A stretch of DNA of 64,000 nt. Source: Spirochaetia bacterium. Lineage in GTDB: Bacteria; Spirochaetota; Spirochaetia; UBA9216. Each line of letters opens with the position of its first letter. Position 1 is the stretch's first letter. The notes under the pieces were generated by a model. The model was not told the DNA's origin. It was given only the letters and a program-made list of their open reading frames with translations, and made no database searches. The stretch is taken from NCBI GenBank assembly GCA_963675665.1, contig OY776510.1:1536001-1600000 (forward strand). The letters are read 5' to 3'. A program made the translations under genes and the position numbers. Positions 18,764 to 28,200 of the stretch are shown here, piece by piece.

Positions 18764-19954
18764 ATGAAGCTTGAAAGAGTGAAAGAATTATATGATATAT
18801 ATCGGCGGGATCTATTTGAAGATGTATTGCCGTTCTGGACAAAGTATTCTATCGACCATGAGTACGGAGGATACCATCATTACCTTGATTGCGACGGAAA
18901 GCTGATCAGTGCGGAAAAATCAGGAATACTGAACAGCAGGCAATTGTGGACATATTCATATCTGTATAACAATTTTGGAAACAAGCAGGAATGGCTCGAT
19001 ATCGCGAAAGCCGGCTACGACTTTTTTATAAAGCATTTCATAGATTATGACGGAAGGATTTTCTTTCAGGTAACACGCGACGGCAGGCCTCTTCGAAAAA
19101 GAAGATACTGGATTGCAGAAACCTTCGCCATTTCCGCGCTGGCGGAATATTCCAAAGCTGCAGGCAGCGCAGAGGCACTACAGAAAGCGCGGGACACATT
19201 CAATCTGGTACTGTATCTGATAGAGCATCCTGACCAATTGGAGCCCAAGTTTAATCCGCAGACGCGTCCCATGATTGGCCATGTAGGCCCAATGCTGTTA
19301 ATCAATTCCGCCCAGACTATGAGGGATATCGATCCGGAAAATGCCGGTTTGTACAACGATACTATTGATCGCATGCACAATCTGATTATGGAACATCTGG
19401 TCAAGCCGGCGTATAAAGCTGTGTTTGAAGTTGTCGGGGGCAACGGAGAGGTTATGGATGACACGCCGTTGGGAAGATGTATCTCGCCGGGACACGGTAT
19501 TGTGAATGCCTGGATTGTGCTGCTTGAAGGACAATATAGAAAAGATCAAAAAATGATTCGGACCGGGCTTGATATGCTGGACTGGTCTTTGGAGATCGGT
19601 TGGGATAAGGAGTTTGGAGGCTTACTCTATTTTGTTGATCTGAAAGGGCTTCCAACTGATCAATCGAACTACCAGATGAAATATTGGTGGCCTCACAACG
19701 AAGCCATGTATGCACTTCTGCTTGCTGATGATCTTACGAATGATGGTAAATATGAAAAATGGTACGGGAAAGTTCATGAGTGGTCATATAAGCATTTTAA
19801 AGATAATGAAAACGGCGAATGGTTCGGTTATCTGAACAGAGACGGCAGCATAAATCTTCCGGTTAAAGGCGGCGACTGGAAAGGTTCGTTCCATACGACA
19901 CGTATGTATATGTACGGGTTGCAGTTGTTGGAGAAGATGAAAGCTGCCGGTTAA
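18764..19954 (+). CDS. AGE-family protein 2 (diverged active-site motifs)
   Basis: LPFW..YSID.EYGGY, SPGHG, KYWWPHNE, GEWFGYLNRDG, KGGDWKGSFH. Confidence 0.9.
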   Translation: MKLERVKELYDIYRRDLFEDVLPFWTKYSIDHEYGGYHHYLDCDGKLISAEKSGILNSRQLWTYSYLYNNFGNKQEWLDIAKAGYDFFIKHFIDYDGRIFFQVTRDGRPLRKRRYWIAETFAISALAEYSKAAGSAEALQKARDTFNLVLYLIEHPDQLEPKFNPQTRPMIGHVGPMLLINSAQTMRDIDPENAGLYNDTIDRMHNLIMEHLVKPAYKAVFEVVGGNGEVMDDTPLGRCISPGHGIVNAWIVLLEGQYRKDQKMIRTGLDMLDWSLEIGWDKEFGGLLYFVDLKGLPTDQSNYQMKYWWPHNEAMYALLLADDLTNDGKYEKWYGKVHEWSYKHFKDNENGEWFGYLNRDGSINLPVKGGDWKGSFHTTRMYMYGLQLLEKMKAAG

Positions 19955-20028
19955 TAAACAGGTTCATGGGTGATCGGGTAATTACCCGGTCTGATTTTTA
20001 TAGAGATCAAATATATAGGGAGTAAATA

Positions 20029-20775
20029 ATGAAAGTATTATTAGTTGGAGAATCATGGTCTGGAGCAGATCAGCATACCAAGGGTTTTGATGTCGTAACT
20101 CTGGGATCTTTCAAATTCAACTGGGGCAAGCCTTATATTGATGCTGTAAGAGCGAGCGGAATTGAGTTGGAACATATGTACTGTCATATCGCGCAAAGCG
20201 ATTTTCCGATCGAACTGAAAGAGCTTCAGAAATATGATGTGGTTATTTTCAGCGATGTAGGAAGTAACACTCTTCTGCTTGATCCGGTAATGCAGTGGGA
20301 AGGTGTGCCGCGACCGAACCGCCTGAAACTGCTTGTTGAATATATCCGGCAAGGGGGAGGATTTATCATGTTCGGTGGTTGGGTCAGTTTTGCGGGATTC
20401 GAGAATAAAGCAAGGTATGCCATGACGCCGTTGGCGGAAGCGCTTCCTGTTGAGATCCTGAATTATGATGATCGGATCGAAGAGCCGGCAGGTGTTGTAC
20501 CGGAAATGGTGATAAAGGAACATCCTGTTCTGAATGGTGTCGAAGAGAAATGGCCGAGCTATCTTGGCTACAATAAATTGAAGACAAAGGCCGATGCACA
20601 GGAAATTGCTACGATCGGCGGAAGCTCCTTTATGGCCGGAATGGAATTTGGAAAAGGCCGTTCTTTTACGTTCGCAACTGACTGTGTTGGGCACTGGGGC
20701 TACGAAATGACTCAATGGAACAGCTACTCAAAGCTTATGTCCAATATGATTCGGTGGGTTGCTGGAGAAGTGTAG
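20029..20775 (+). CDS. DUF1355 / glutamine amidotransferase-like protein 2
   Basis: MKVLLVGESW...H.KGFD, FP....EL..YDVVIFSDVGSNTLLL, GGGFIMFGGWVSF, TD...HW. Confidence 0.88.
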   Translation: MKVLLVGESWSGADQHTKGFDVVTLGSFKFNWGKPYIDAVRASGIELEHMYCHIAQSDFPIELKELQKYDVVIFSDVGSNTLLLDPVMQWEGVPRPNRLKLLVEYIRQGGGFIMFGGWVSFAGFENKARYAMTPLAEALPVEILNYDDRIEEPAGVVPEMVIKEHPVLNGVEEKWPSYLGYNKLKTKADAQEIATIGGSSFMAGMEFGKGRSFTFATDCVGHWGYEMTQWNSYSKLMSNMIRWVAGEV

Positions 20776-20928
20776 TTAAATTATAAGCAATAAGCTGTTG
20801 TTTGCGGCAATGCCGATAAATATTTCCGAGTAGAAGGAGCTGAATTATAAAAAGAAGGAGGGAAATGAACTTTAGAGTTATAAGAAAATATATTTAAAAA
20901 AGAGGCTATAAAATCAGGAGGATAAAAG

Positions 20929-21879
20929 ATGAAGATTGTATTTGTAATTTTTTTAAGTTTAGTTGTTGCGATGGGAGCCGTGGCCTCCGGGAATTCAGAG
21001 GAAGCTGCTGATGATGGAATGATGAAGCTGGGTGCAATTGTGCAGAATTCGGCAAATGAGTCTCAAGCTTATTGGCAGAAACTTTTCACAAAGCATGCAG
21101 CAGATTACGGGTTTAAATGCACTCAGTATGACGGTAAAGGTGATGCGACGGTTCAGAGTGCGGCAGTAAGAGACTGTATCGCTCAGGAGATGGACGCGAT
21201 TCTGATCTGCACCTGTGATCAGGCGGCGGTTACACCCGCACTCACAGAAGCCGTATCTGCCGGCGTTGTGGTAGGCCTGCTGAATGCCACTATCACACCG
21301 ATGGGTAAAGAGAACTACACCTTCTATGTAGGTGTCGATGACGTTCTTGCCGGTCAGGCTGCCGGAAAGGCATTTATTGAACACTTTCCGAATGGAGCAA
21401 AAATTGTAGAAATCGGCGGAGGTGCTGGTTCGTCTCCGGCACTCAATCGGCATGATGGTTTTGCCCAGGGAATTGCAGGAAGCAATATCGAGGTTATCGA
21501 GTATCAGGCATGCTCTGATTGGATCGCGAACGAAGCGATGGGTATTATGGAAAACATGATTGTTAAATACGGAGATCAGATAGAGGGTGTATTCTGCCAT
21601 TGGGATAACGGTGCCACAACAATTATTCAGGCGCTGCAGGCTGCCAACATGAATGATGTTTATATCATCGGAGTCGACGGGTGCCGTGCCGGATTTGACC
21701 AGGTTAGAGACGGTACGCAGGCTGTTACGATCATGCAGAATTTCGACAAGATGATTCCGCAGGCAATTGAAGACGCGATGAAAGCTGTCAAGGGTGAGTC
21801 GTTTCCGAATCCCGATCTTGTTGAATGGGATGTTGTAACAATCGACAACATCGACGATTTCCTTTATCCGCAGTGGTAA
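20929..21879 (+). CDS. Sugar ABC transporter substrate-binding protein
   Basis: Signal peptide ending ...VASGNSE; RbsB-like fold (DGKGD...Q, VYIIGVDG). Confidence 0.9.
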   Translation: MKIVFVIFLSLVVAMGAVASGNSEEAADDGMMKLGAIVQNSANESQAYWQKLFTKHAADYGFKCTQYDGKGDATVQSAAVRDCIAQEMDAILICTCDQAAVTPALTEAVSAGVVVGLLNATITPMGKENYTFYVGVDDVLAGQAAGKAFIEHFPNGAKIVEIGGGAGSSPALNRHDGFAQGIAGSNIEVIEYQACSDWIANEAMGIMENMIVKYGDQIEGVFCHWDNGATTIIQALQAANMNDVYIIGVDGCRAGFDQVRDGTQAVTIMQNFDKMIPQAIEDAMKAVKGESFPNPDLVEWDVVTIDNIDDFLYPQW

Positions 21880-21895
21880 GGAGCAGTTGAATTTG

Positions 21896-21926
21896 GGCCC
21901 GTTTCGTTTTCCTGATGGAGCGGGCC
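21896..21926 (+). terminator. Hairpin after the SBP gene
   Basis: GGCCCG...CGGGCC stem. Confidence 0.45.
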
Positions 21927-21956
21927 ACCGTAATCTTTGTAGAGAGGATTCATTTT

Positions 21957-22050
21957 ATGAAACAAAATGCATCGATATTATTCTTTCTGTTAAAGATGTC
22001 AATAAAAAGTTTTCAGGTGTATTGGCGCTGAACAATGTTTTCATGGAAAC
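21957..22050 (+). pseudogene. Frameshifted 5' remnant of an ABC ATPase paralogue
   Basis: agagaggattcattttATGAAACAAAATGCATC-GATATTATTCTTTC...GGCGCTGAACAA aligns with the RBS and start of the intact ATPase at 22930, with a 1-nt deletion. Confidence 0.85.
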
Positions 22051-22150
22051 CAGTATGACATTGGTTATTTTATCAATACCAGGCCGGAACTGAATGAGAT
22101 GTTTTATAAGTATGATTGAACTTATATAGAGATAAAAGGAGGTTAGCACT

Positions 22151-22705
22151 GTGAAAACGGTTGATATTAAACTGGAAAGATTATCGGATGTGACTCCGGA
22201 AGAGTTTTTACCTTATGGGTATATAGTAGGACGTAAGGAAACAAGTCGACTTACAATGGAAAATACCAGGTCAAATTTAACGGTATATTGGGAACTTCTG
22301 CCCTTCTTAAAAGAAGAATCAGGTGTATTATCGGTAGCACTGCTTACATTCAAACCAAAGGATTCAGACAAGCTGACCGATTGGATGGAGTGCCATAAAG
22401 GAACTGCCGAGTTTTTTATTCCGATGGGCGGCAAGGAAATTGTATATGTAGGCGCTCCTGCAGGAGAAAAACCTGATGTTGAAAAAGCAAGGGCGTTTAT
22501 TGTAGGTCCCGATGAAGGCATTGTTATACCGAAGGGTGTCTGGCATTGCGCTCCGTATGCTCTTAACGGCCCCGCTCAGTGTTTGATGCCGAGATATGGA
22601 GATCTGGTTGAAACTGCCGGAGGTTTTCTGGATTCCAGAAACACTGTATGTTACGGTTCCAAGGCAAATGACGGAACTGAAATGAGTATAAGGCTTATAT
22701 TTTAA
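22151..22705 (+). CDS. Ureidoglycolate lyase (AllA)-like cupin
   Basis: TPEEF.PYG, MECH...AEFFIP, RAF...P.EG...KGVWH; AAAGGAGG RBS with GTG start. Confidence 0.78.
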   Translation: MKTVDIKLERLSDVTPEEFLPYGYIVGRKETSRLTMENTRSNLTVYWELLPFLKEESGVLSVALLTFKPKDSDKLTDWMECHKGTAEFFIPMGGKEIVYVGAPAGEKPDVEKARAFIVGPDEGIVIPKGVWHCAPYALNGPAQCLMPRYGDLVETAGGFLDSRNTVCYGSKANDGTEMSIRLIF

Positions 22706-22727
22706 AAGCTTTAAACGAAATCTAAAG

Positions 22728-22857
22728 AGCGTGCTTGATTAAAAGAAGCAATGGATATCATGGAAAACATGATTGTGAAAAACGGAAATGAAATAGAAGT
22801 TCAGTCTCTATTGTCACAACAGACAATATCTACAATTTCATTTATCCGGAGTGGTAA
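22728..22857 (+). pseudogene. Internally deleted remnant of an SBP paralogue
   Basis: EAMDIMENMIVKNGNEIE matches EAMGIMENMIVKYGDQIE of the SBP at 20929. It is fused to GACAATATCTACAATTTCATTTATCCGGAGTGGTAA, which matches that SBP's 3' end (DNIDDFLYPQW*). Confidence 0.85.
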
Positions 22858-22929
22858 AAAAATAAAAAGCGAAGGTGTATGTTTTTTAACTGAATGTGCC
22901 TGCGCATATTATGGAGAGGAGTCATTCAA

Positions 22930-24411
22930 ATGAAAGAAAATGAGCCAGATATCATTCTTTCCATTAATGATGTTTATAAATCGTTTCCCGGCGTGGTGGC
23001 GCTGAACAAGGTTTCCATTGATGTCAAATGTGGCAGTGTGCACGGCATTGTGGGTGAAAACGGCGCGGGTAAGTCAACACTTATGAAGATCTTGTCCGGT
23101 GTCTATACTAAAGATTCGGGAACGATTGTTTTTGACGGGAAAACCATCAACCATATAACGCCCATTCAGTCCTTGCATATGGGACTCAGTATCATTTATC
23201 AGGAGTTCAATCTTGTTAACTCGATGAGTGTAGGTGAAAATATATTCTTGGGCCGTTTTAAAGAGATGAACGGTATGAAAGGAACACATCAAAAGGCGAA
23301 AGAATTGTTAAAAAGTATCGGCAGTTCTATCGACACCAGGAAATTGGTCTCTGAATTGAGTGTTTCTGAAAAGCAGATGGTTGAGATTACAAAGGCATTG
23401 TCGTTTGATTCAAAGCTTATCATCATGGATGAACCGAGCAGCAGCCTGACAGCTGACGAATTGAAGTGCCTCACAGAAATTATTCATCAATTGAAAGAAG
23501 ACGGTATATCTATCATTTATATAAGTCACAAACTGGATGAAATATTTGACCTGTGCGACATCGTAACCGTTATGCGTGACGGGAACGTTATCGATACCAG
23601 GCCGGTATCAGAGATTACACGAAGCGAGATGATATCGAAGATGGTCGGCAGATCCATTGAGCATGAATTTCCCGAACGCCCTCATTGTATGGGTGAAACG
23701 ATCATGGAAGTCCGTTCAATAAATACCCGCAGGTTGGATAATGTATCTTTTGAGCTGAAAAAAGGTGAAATTCTCGGGCTTGTGGGATTGGTTGGCGCCG
23801 GCAGGACGGAGATTGTCAGAGCTGTTTACGGTGCCGACAAAGCCAGAGGGCACCAGGTTTTGATTGAAGGTAAACCCGTCAGGATCAAAAAACCTGCGGA
23901 AGCAAAAAAAGCCGGTATGGGATTGGTACCGGAAGACAGGAAACTGCAGGGCCTTATTTTGGATTTCCAGGTTCAAACAAACATCACTCTGGCCAGTCTC
24001 GGGAAGCTGACTAAATTCGGGTTTCTCAACTTTTCCAAAGAGAAGGAGATTGCAGGCCGACAAGTGAAGAATCTTGCAATCAAGACGCCTTCTGTTACGA
24101 CTCAGGTAATTAGCCTGTCGGGAGGAAACCAGCAGAAATGTATTGTTGGTCGCTGGCTGGAAATCAGTCCGAGTATTCTGATATTAGACGAACCGACGAG
24201 GGGTATAGATGTTGGAGCCAAATACGAGATTTATATGCTGATGAAAAAGATTGTCGAAAATGGGGGTTCCATCATTTTAATTTCCTCGGAATTACCTGAA
24301 GTGCTCAACATGAGCAATAGGGTTTTAACCATATGTGACGGGAAGATTACGGGAGAATTCAATCCCGAGATAACATCGGCGCACGATATTATGGAAAAAG
24401 CGATCGGTTAG
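22930..24411 (+). CDS. Sugar ABC transporter ATP-binding protein (CUT2, two NBDs)
   Basis: GENGAGKST, MDEPSS, LSGGNQQK, DEPTRGIDVGAK. Start moved to ATG 22930. Confidence 0.95.
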   Translation: MKENEPDIILSINDVYKSFPGVVALNKVSIDVKCGSVHGIVGENGAGKSTLMKILSGVYTKDSGTIVFDGKTINHITPIQSLHMGLSIIYQEFNLVNSMSVGENIFLGRFKEMNGMKGTHQKAKELLKSIGSSIDTRKLVSELSVSEKQMVEITKALSFDSKLIIMDEPSSSLTADELKCLTEIIHQLKEDGISIIYISHKLDEIFDLCDIVTVMRDGNVIDTRPVSEITRSEMISKMVGRSIEHEFPERPHCMGETIMEVRSINTRRLDNVSFELKKGEILGLVGLVGAGRTEIVRAVYGADKARGHQVLIEGKPVRIKKPAEAKKAGMGLVPEDRKLQGLILDFQVQTNITLASLGKLTKFGFLNFSKEKEIAGRQVKNLAIKTPSVTTQVISLSGGNQQKCIVGRWLEISPSILILDEPTRGIDVGAKYEIYMLMKKIVENGGSIILISSELPEVLNMSNRVLTICDGKITGEFNPEITSAHDIMEKAIG

Positions 24412-24428
24412 TACGGAGATGTGAAAAT

Positions 24429-25403
24429 ATGAATATTGGAATAAAACTTAAAAAAATATTGCTTGAATACCTGGTGCTGGTCTTTATTGTACTTCTCGTA
24501 ATAGTTACTGTCATTGTGGAACCGAAATTTATGACGGGCCCGAACCTCAGCAATATAATGCGTCAGTTCGGACCATTGAGTTTCGTTGCTCTCGGTATGA
24601 CTTTTGTAATTATCGGCGGTTATATAGATCTGTCGGTGACAGGGATCATTTCTCTTGTAACTGTCATAACAGTATCGCTTATCGATCCGATAGGCCAGAT
24701 TCCGGCATTGATTGTAGGGCTTGTGATAGGAGCGGGAGCAGGATTAATAAATGGTCTTTTATTGATAGCAGGGGGAGCTAATACGCAGGCTAAAGCACTG
24801 TTCATCACTTATGGTATGAGTTCGCTTTATGGAGCGCTTGCATTGATGTATACAGGGGGAGCAACCGCTCATATGAGCTGGCTTGAAACTTCTCAAACGG
24901 TGTTTACGGCTATCGGATCGGGGAACGTGGGATTTCTTTCCGTATCGTTCATCGTGTTCCTGGCATGTCTTTTTGTGCTTTATGTCTTTTTAAACAATAC
25001 GCATGAAGGCAGGGCGATACATGTTCTGGGTGGAAACAAGGTTGCAGGAGAGCTGTCCGGAGTTCCGGTGAAACGCAGCCTTGTATTGATATATATGTTA
25101 TGCGGTTTTATGTCGGCAGTCGGCGCTGTAGTATTGTTTTCAAGAACAACAATGGCTATGCCGGCCTGCGGTAAAGGGTATGAGGTCAATGCAATACTGG
25201 CCGTAGTTGTTGGAGGGACGAGTCTTAAAGGAGGCAACGGCAGTGTCCTGCGTACGGTGCTGGGTGTTCTGTTAGTGACGTTGATGGCCAATTGTCTCGA
25301 CCTGTTGAGGGTATCCACATACTACCAAACAGTATTTAAAGGTTTGATCCTTGTGCTTGCTATCTGGCTTGATAACCGGAATAAACAGCAGGGAGGGGAA
25401 TGA
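24429..25403 (+). CDS. Sugar ABC permease
   Basis: GMTFVII.G.IDLSV, AI.AVVVGGTSL.GG.G. Confidence 0.93.
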   Translation: MNIGIKLKKILLEYLVLVFIVLLVIVTVIVEPKFMTGPNLSNIMRQFGPLSFVALGMTFVIIGGYIDLSVTGIISLVTVITVSLIDPIGQIPALIVGLVIGAGAGLINGLLLIAGGANTQAKALFITYGMSSLYGALALMYTGGATAHMSWLETSQTVFTAIGSGNVGFLSVSFIVFLACLFVLYVFLNNTHEGRAIHVLGGNKVAGELSGVPVKRSLVLIYMLCGFMSAVGAVVLFSRTTMAMPACGKGYEVNAILAVVVGGTSLKGGNGSVLRTVLGVLLVTLMANCLDLLRVSTYYQTVFKGLILVLAIWLDNRNKQQGGE

Positions 25404-25404
25404 T

Positions 25405-26373
25405 ATGAACAATATACATATGATTGGCCGGAAAGTTTTAAAAATCTCTACAAAACAAAAAGCAGTGGTAGCGATTTTCTTAATGATGATATTTATGATT
25501 TTCCCGGATACGAAATTCTATTCAACCTATAACCTGATAAATCTGATTCGATCGACGTCAGTGCTTGAAATCATAGCATTTGGTGTTACGTTGACTATAA
25601 TTTGCGGTGGAGTCGACCTGTCTGTAGGCGGAATGGTATCGCTCTCAGGGATTCTTACCATAAAACTTATGAATTATATGCCTATAGTTCCTGCTATTCT
25701 ATGCGCAGTACTGGTTGGGGCTGTCGTGGGTTTTATTAACGGATTTCTTTCCGTGCATCAGAAAACTGAGCCTTTTATTATAACATTGGGTATGGGAATG
25801 CTTCTTAAGGGTATAAGTCTGGTTATGTCGGATGCTCACCCGGTTCCCTGTATGAATCCGATGTTTGTGAAAATATCGAATGGATTCCTGTTTGGTAGTA
25901 TTCCAAATATAGTCGTATATATGTTAGTGCTTCTTGTGGCTACATACTCCCTGTTGAGGTATACAAGGTTTGGAAGGAACTGTTATGCAATAGGAGGCGA
26001 TTATAGTGTGGCCGCATATTCGGGTATCAATGTTATCTGGACTAAATGGGCTACCTTTATTCTAAGCGGAATGTTCGCTGCGCTTGCCGGAGTATTATTA
26101 GCCTCAGAGATGAATACAGGTTCTCCTAATTATGGAGATGCAATTCCTCTTTTGGTTTGTTGCGGTGTTGTAGTAGGCGGTACTTCTTTCTCGGGTGGTG
26201 TGGGAGGAGCATTTCAGAGCTTTTTCGGTTTGCTTGTTATTCAATTACTCACAACCTGTATGAATATGTTAGGAGTCGGGGCTTATCCGCAGCAGGCTTT
26301 TCAGGGAATTGTTATTGTAATGATTATCTGGATGGACTGTTTTGCGGACAAGCGAAAACGAGAGGCTGTGTGA
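25405..26373 (+). CDS. Sugar ABC permease
   Basis: G.TL.II.GGVDLSVG, PFIITLG, VVVGGTSF.GG. Start at ATG 25405. Confidence 0.93.
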   Translation: MNNIHMIGRKVLKISTKQKAVVAIFLMMIFMIFPDTKFYSTYNLINLIRSTSVLEIIAFGVTLTIICGGVDLSVGGMVSLSGILTIKLMNYMPIVPAILCAVLVGAVVGFINGFLSVHQKTEPFIITLGMGMLLKGISLVMSDAHPVPCMNPMFVKISNGFLFGSIPNIVVYMLVLLVATYSLLRYTRFGRNCYAIGGDYSVAAYSGINVIWTKWATFILSGMFAALAGVLLASEMNTGSPNYGDAIPLLVCCGVVVGGTSFSGGVGGAFQSFFGLLVIQLLTTCMNMLGVGAYPQQAFQGIVIVMIIWMDCFADKRKREAV

Positions 26374-26449
26374 CAGAATTATCTGTTACGGTATATTTCG
26401 GGGAGCTATGAAAATAAATATAGCTTATTAAATATTTGGAGGACTATTA

Positions 26450-27001
26450 ATGAACTTGGAATCAACACTAACAAAATGGACAAAGGAAGAATTACAAAAG
26501 AAGGCGTATGATTTGGCCCATACATATGAACACGAATGTGCTTATTGTCCGCAGGCAACAATTGCAGCTCTTATGGATGTTTTTCAAATAAAAGATGATG
26601 ATCTGTTCAGATCGGCTTATGGATTTCATGGAGGCGCCGGAGACCGTGGTATCGGTACTTGCGGAGCTTTATGCGCCGGTATTTTAATTATCAGTTATTT
26701 ATACGGAAGAAACAAAACAGAATTTAATTTTGGAAAGGCAAATCGAAGGGCGACAGATTTAGCCGGAAAACTTGTTGATGAATTTAAAAAAGAATTTGAA
26801 GGAATTACATGCAACGAAGTGCAGGAGAAAATGTTCGGCCGATCTTTTAATAATTATGACGAAGAAGAAGTCAAGCTTTTTCTTGAAGAGGGCGGACATA
26901 CTGAGAAATGCCCTATAGTTACCGGACGGGGAGCTGCTTTGGCCGCCGGTATTATTTGGGAGGAATTGGAGAAAGAATTATTTGGGTTGGATATTGAATA
27001 A
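26450..27001 (+). CDS. C_GCAxxG_C_C-family putative redox-active protein
   Basis: YCPQA, GFHGG.G, GTCGALCAG, ITC and EKC cysteine pattern. Confidence 0.85.
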   Translation: MNLESTLTKWTKEELQKKAYDLAHTYEHECAYCPQATIAALMDVFQIKDDDLFRSAYGFHGGAGDRGIGTCGALCAGILIISYLYGRNKTEFNFGKANRRATDLAGKLVDEFKKEFEGITCNEVQEKMFGRSFNNYDEEEVKLFLEEGGHTEKCPIVTGRGAALAAGIIWEELEKELFGLDIE

Positions 27002-27021
27002 AATAAAGAATTAATTTTTAA

Positions 27022-27063
27022 GCCGAGAGTTTACAGGATGCCTTTTAACTTGAAACTCCCGGC
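27022..27063 (+). terminator. Hairpin ending the ABC/redox unit
   Basis: GCCGAGAGTTT...AAACTCCCGGC imperfect stem. Confidence 0.45.
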
Positions 27064-27178
27064 ACATAAACTGATTTTTCGGATTTAACAACCGGGTTTT
27101 ATCATCTATTGATTAATTAAAACAGTTGTAAATGCGGAAACTCGCTGCTGGATAGAAATGTAAACAGGAGGCATATTC

Positions 27179-27457
27179 ATGAAAACTGGACTTGTAAATA
27201 CAATTTCAGCTGATTACAGACTGGATGAACTATTGAATGTCGCTGCTGATGCTGAGAGAAAGCATACCGATGGTATGCAAATCGAGGAGGGCCGCACTGA
27301 CGGATCTGAGGGAATAGAGAGTTCAGGATTAAACTATTTTTCGAATACTTTAATGGAAGGTCCGGTTCAAAGAGAGTTTTTAATATTCTATACAAAAATG
27401 ACAATAGACGGCACATTGATACAGAACAAATATAACACAATATACGGGATAGGATAA
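27179..27457 (+). pseudogene. Short ORF, possibly a remnant of a sugar-phosphate isomerase/epimerase (xylose-isomerase-like TIM barrel)
   Basis: Strong AGGAGG RBS. The N-terminus MKTGLVNTISADYRLDELLNVAADA resembles that family's first beta-alpha unit, but the ORF is only 92 aa. Confidence 0.4.
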
Positions 27458-28170
27458 TGGAACTGCAGGAAATAGCCGATATGATTGATCACTCTCTTTT
27501 GCGACCGGAGCTTACAACTGCAGAGATAGTCGAGGGGTGCAGGCTTGCTGATAAATATCATTGCGTCTCAATATGCTGCAGACCTTCCGATGTTAAGTTG
27601 TGTACAGAAGTTCTCCGGGATTCCAAAACCATAGTAACAACAGTTATAGGTTTTCCTCACGGCAGCAGTCTGACCGGAATAAAGGTTCTTGAGGCTGAGA
27701 CAGCATGCAGAGACGGTGCTGTTGAGCTTGATATGGTAATAAATATAGGCAGACTGTTGTCCGGGGATTATGAGTATGTAGAAAATGATATCAGAGCTGT
27801 TGCCGAGGCTGCTAAAAAATACGATGCAATTATAAAAGTAATACTTGAAAATTGCTATCTGGATGATGAACACAAGCGCATAGCCTGCAGACTTAGTGAA
27901 AAAGCCGGTGCTGCATTCGTAAAGACTTCAACAGGTTTTGGAAAACCAGCTGATGGACGGGCTACAGGAGCTACTCTGGATGATTTAAGGCTCATGCGGG
28001 AGGAATGCAGTTCTTCTGTAAAAATTAAAGCTGCAGGTGGAGTGCGCAGTTTAACCGAAATGTTGGAAGTAAAAGCAGCCGGAGCAGACAGGGCCGGTGC
28101 AACGGCCACAAAATCGATAATGGAGGAGGCAAAGCAAAGAGAACTTGAGGGAAAGCTGGAAATTGTATAG
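27457..28170 (+). CDS. deoC: Deoxyribose-phosphate aldolase family
   Basis: IDHSLL, VIGFPHG, ELDMVINIG, KVILE, VKTSTGF, KAAGGVR. Confidence 0.92.
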   Translation: MELQEIADMIDHSLLRPELTTAEIVEGCRLADKYHCVSICCRPSDVKLCTEVLRDSKTIVTTVIGFPHGSSLTGIKVLEAETACRDGAVELDMVINIGRLLSGDYEYVENDIRAVAEAAKKYDAIIKVILENCYLDDEHKRIACRLSEKAGAAFVKTSTGFGKPADGRATGATLDDLRLMREECSSSVKIKAAGGVRSLTEMLEVKAAGADRAGATATKSIMEEAKQRELEGKLEIV

Positions 28171-28200
28171 ATTGTAACCTGGATGAAATAAGGATATGTT

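Noticed and set aside
21887-22933. ORFs 21887-22093 and 22751-22933 as small proteins
   Set aside because: Explained as reading frames passing through the ATPase and SBP remnants.
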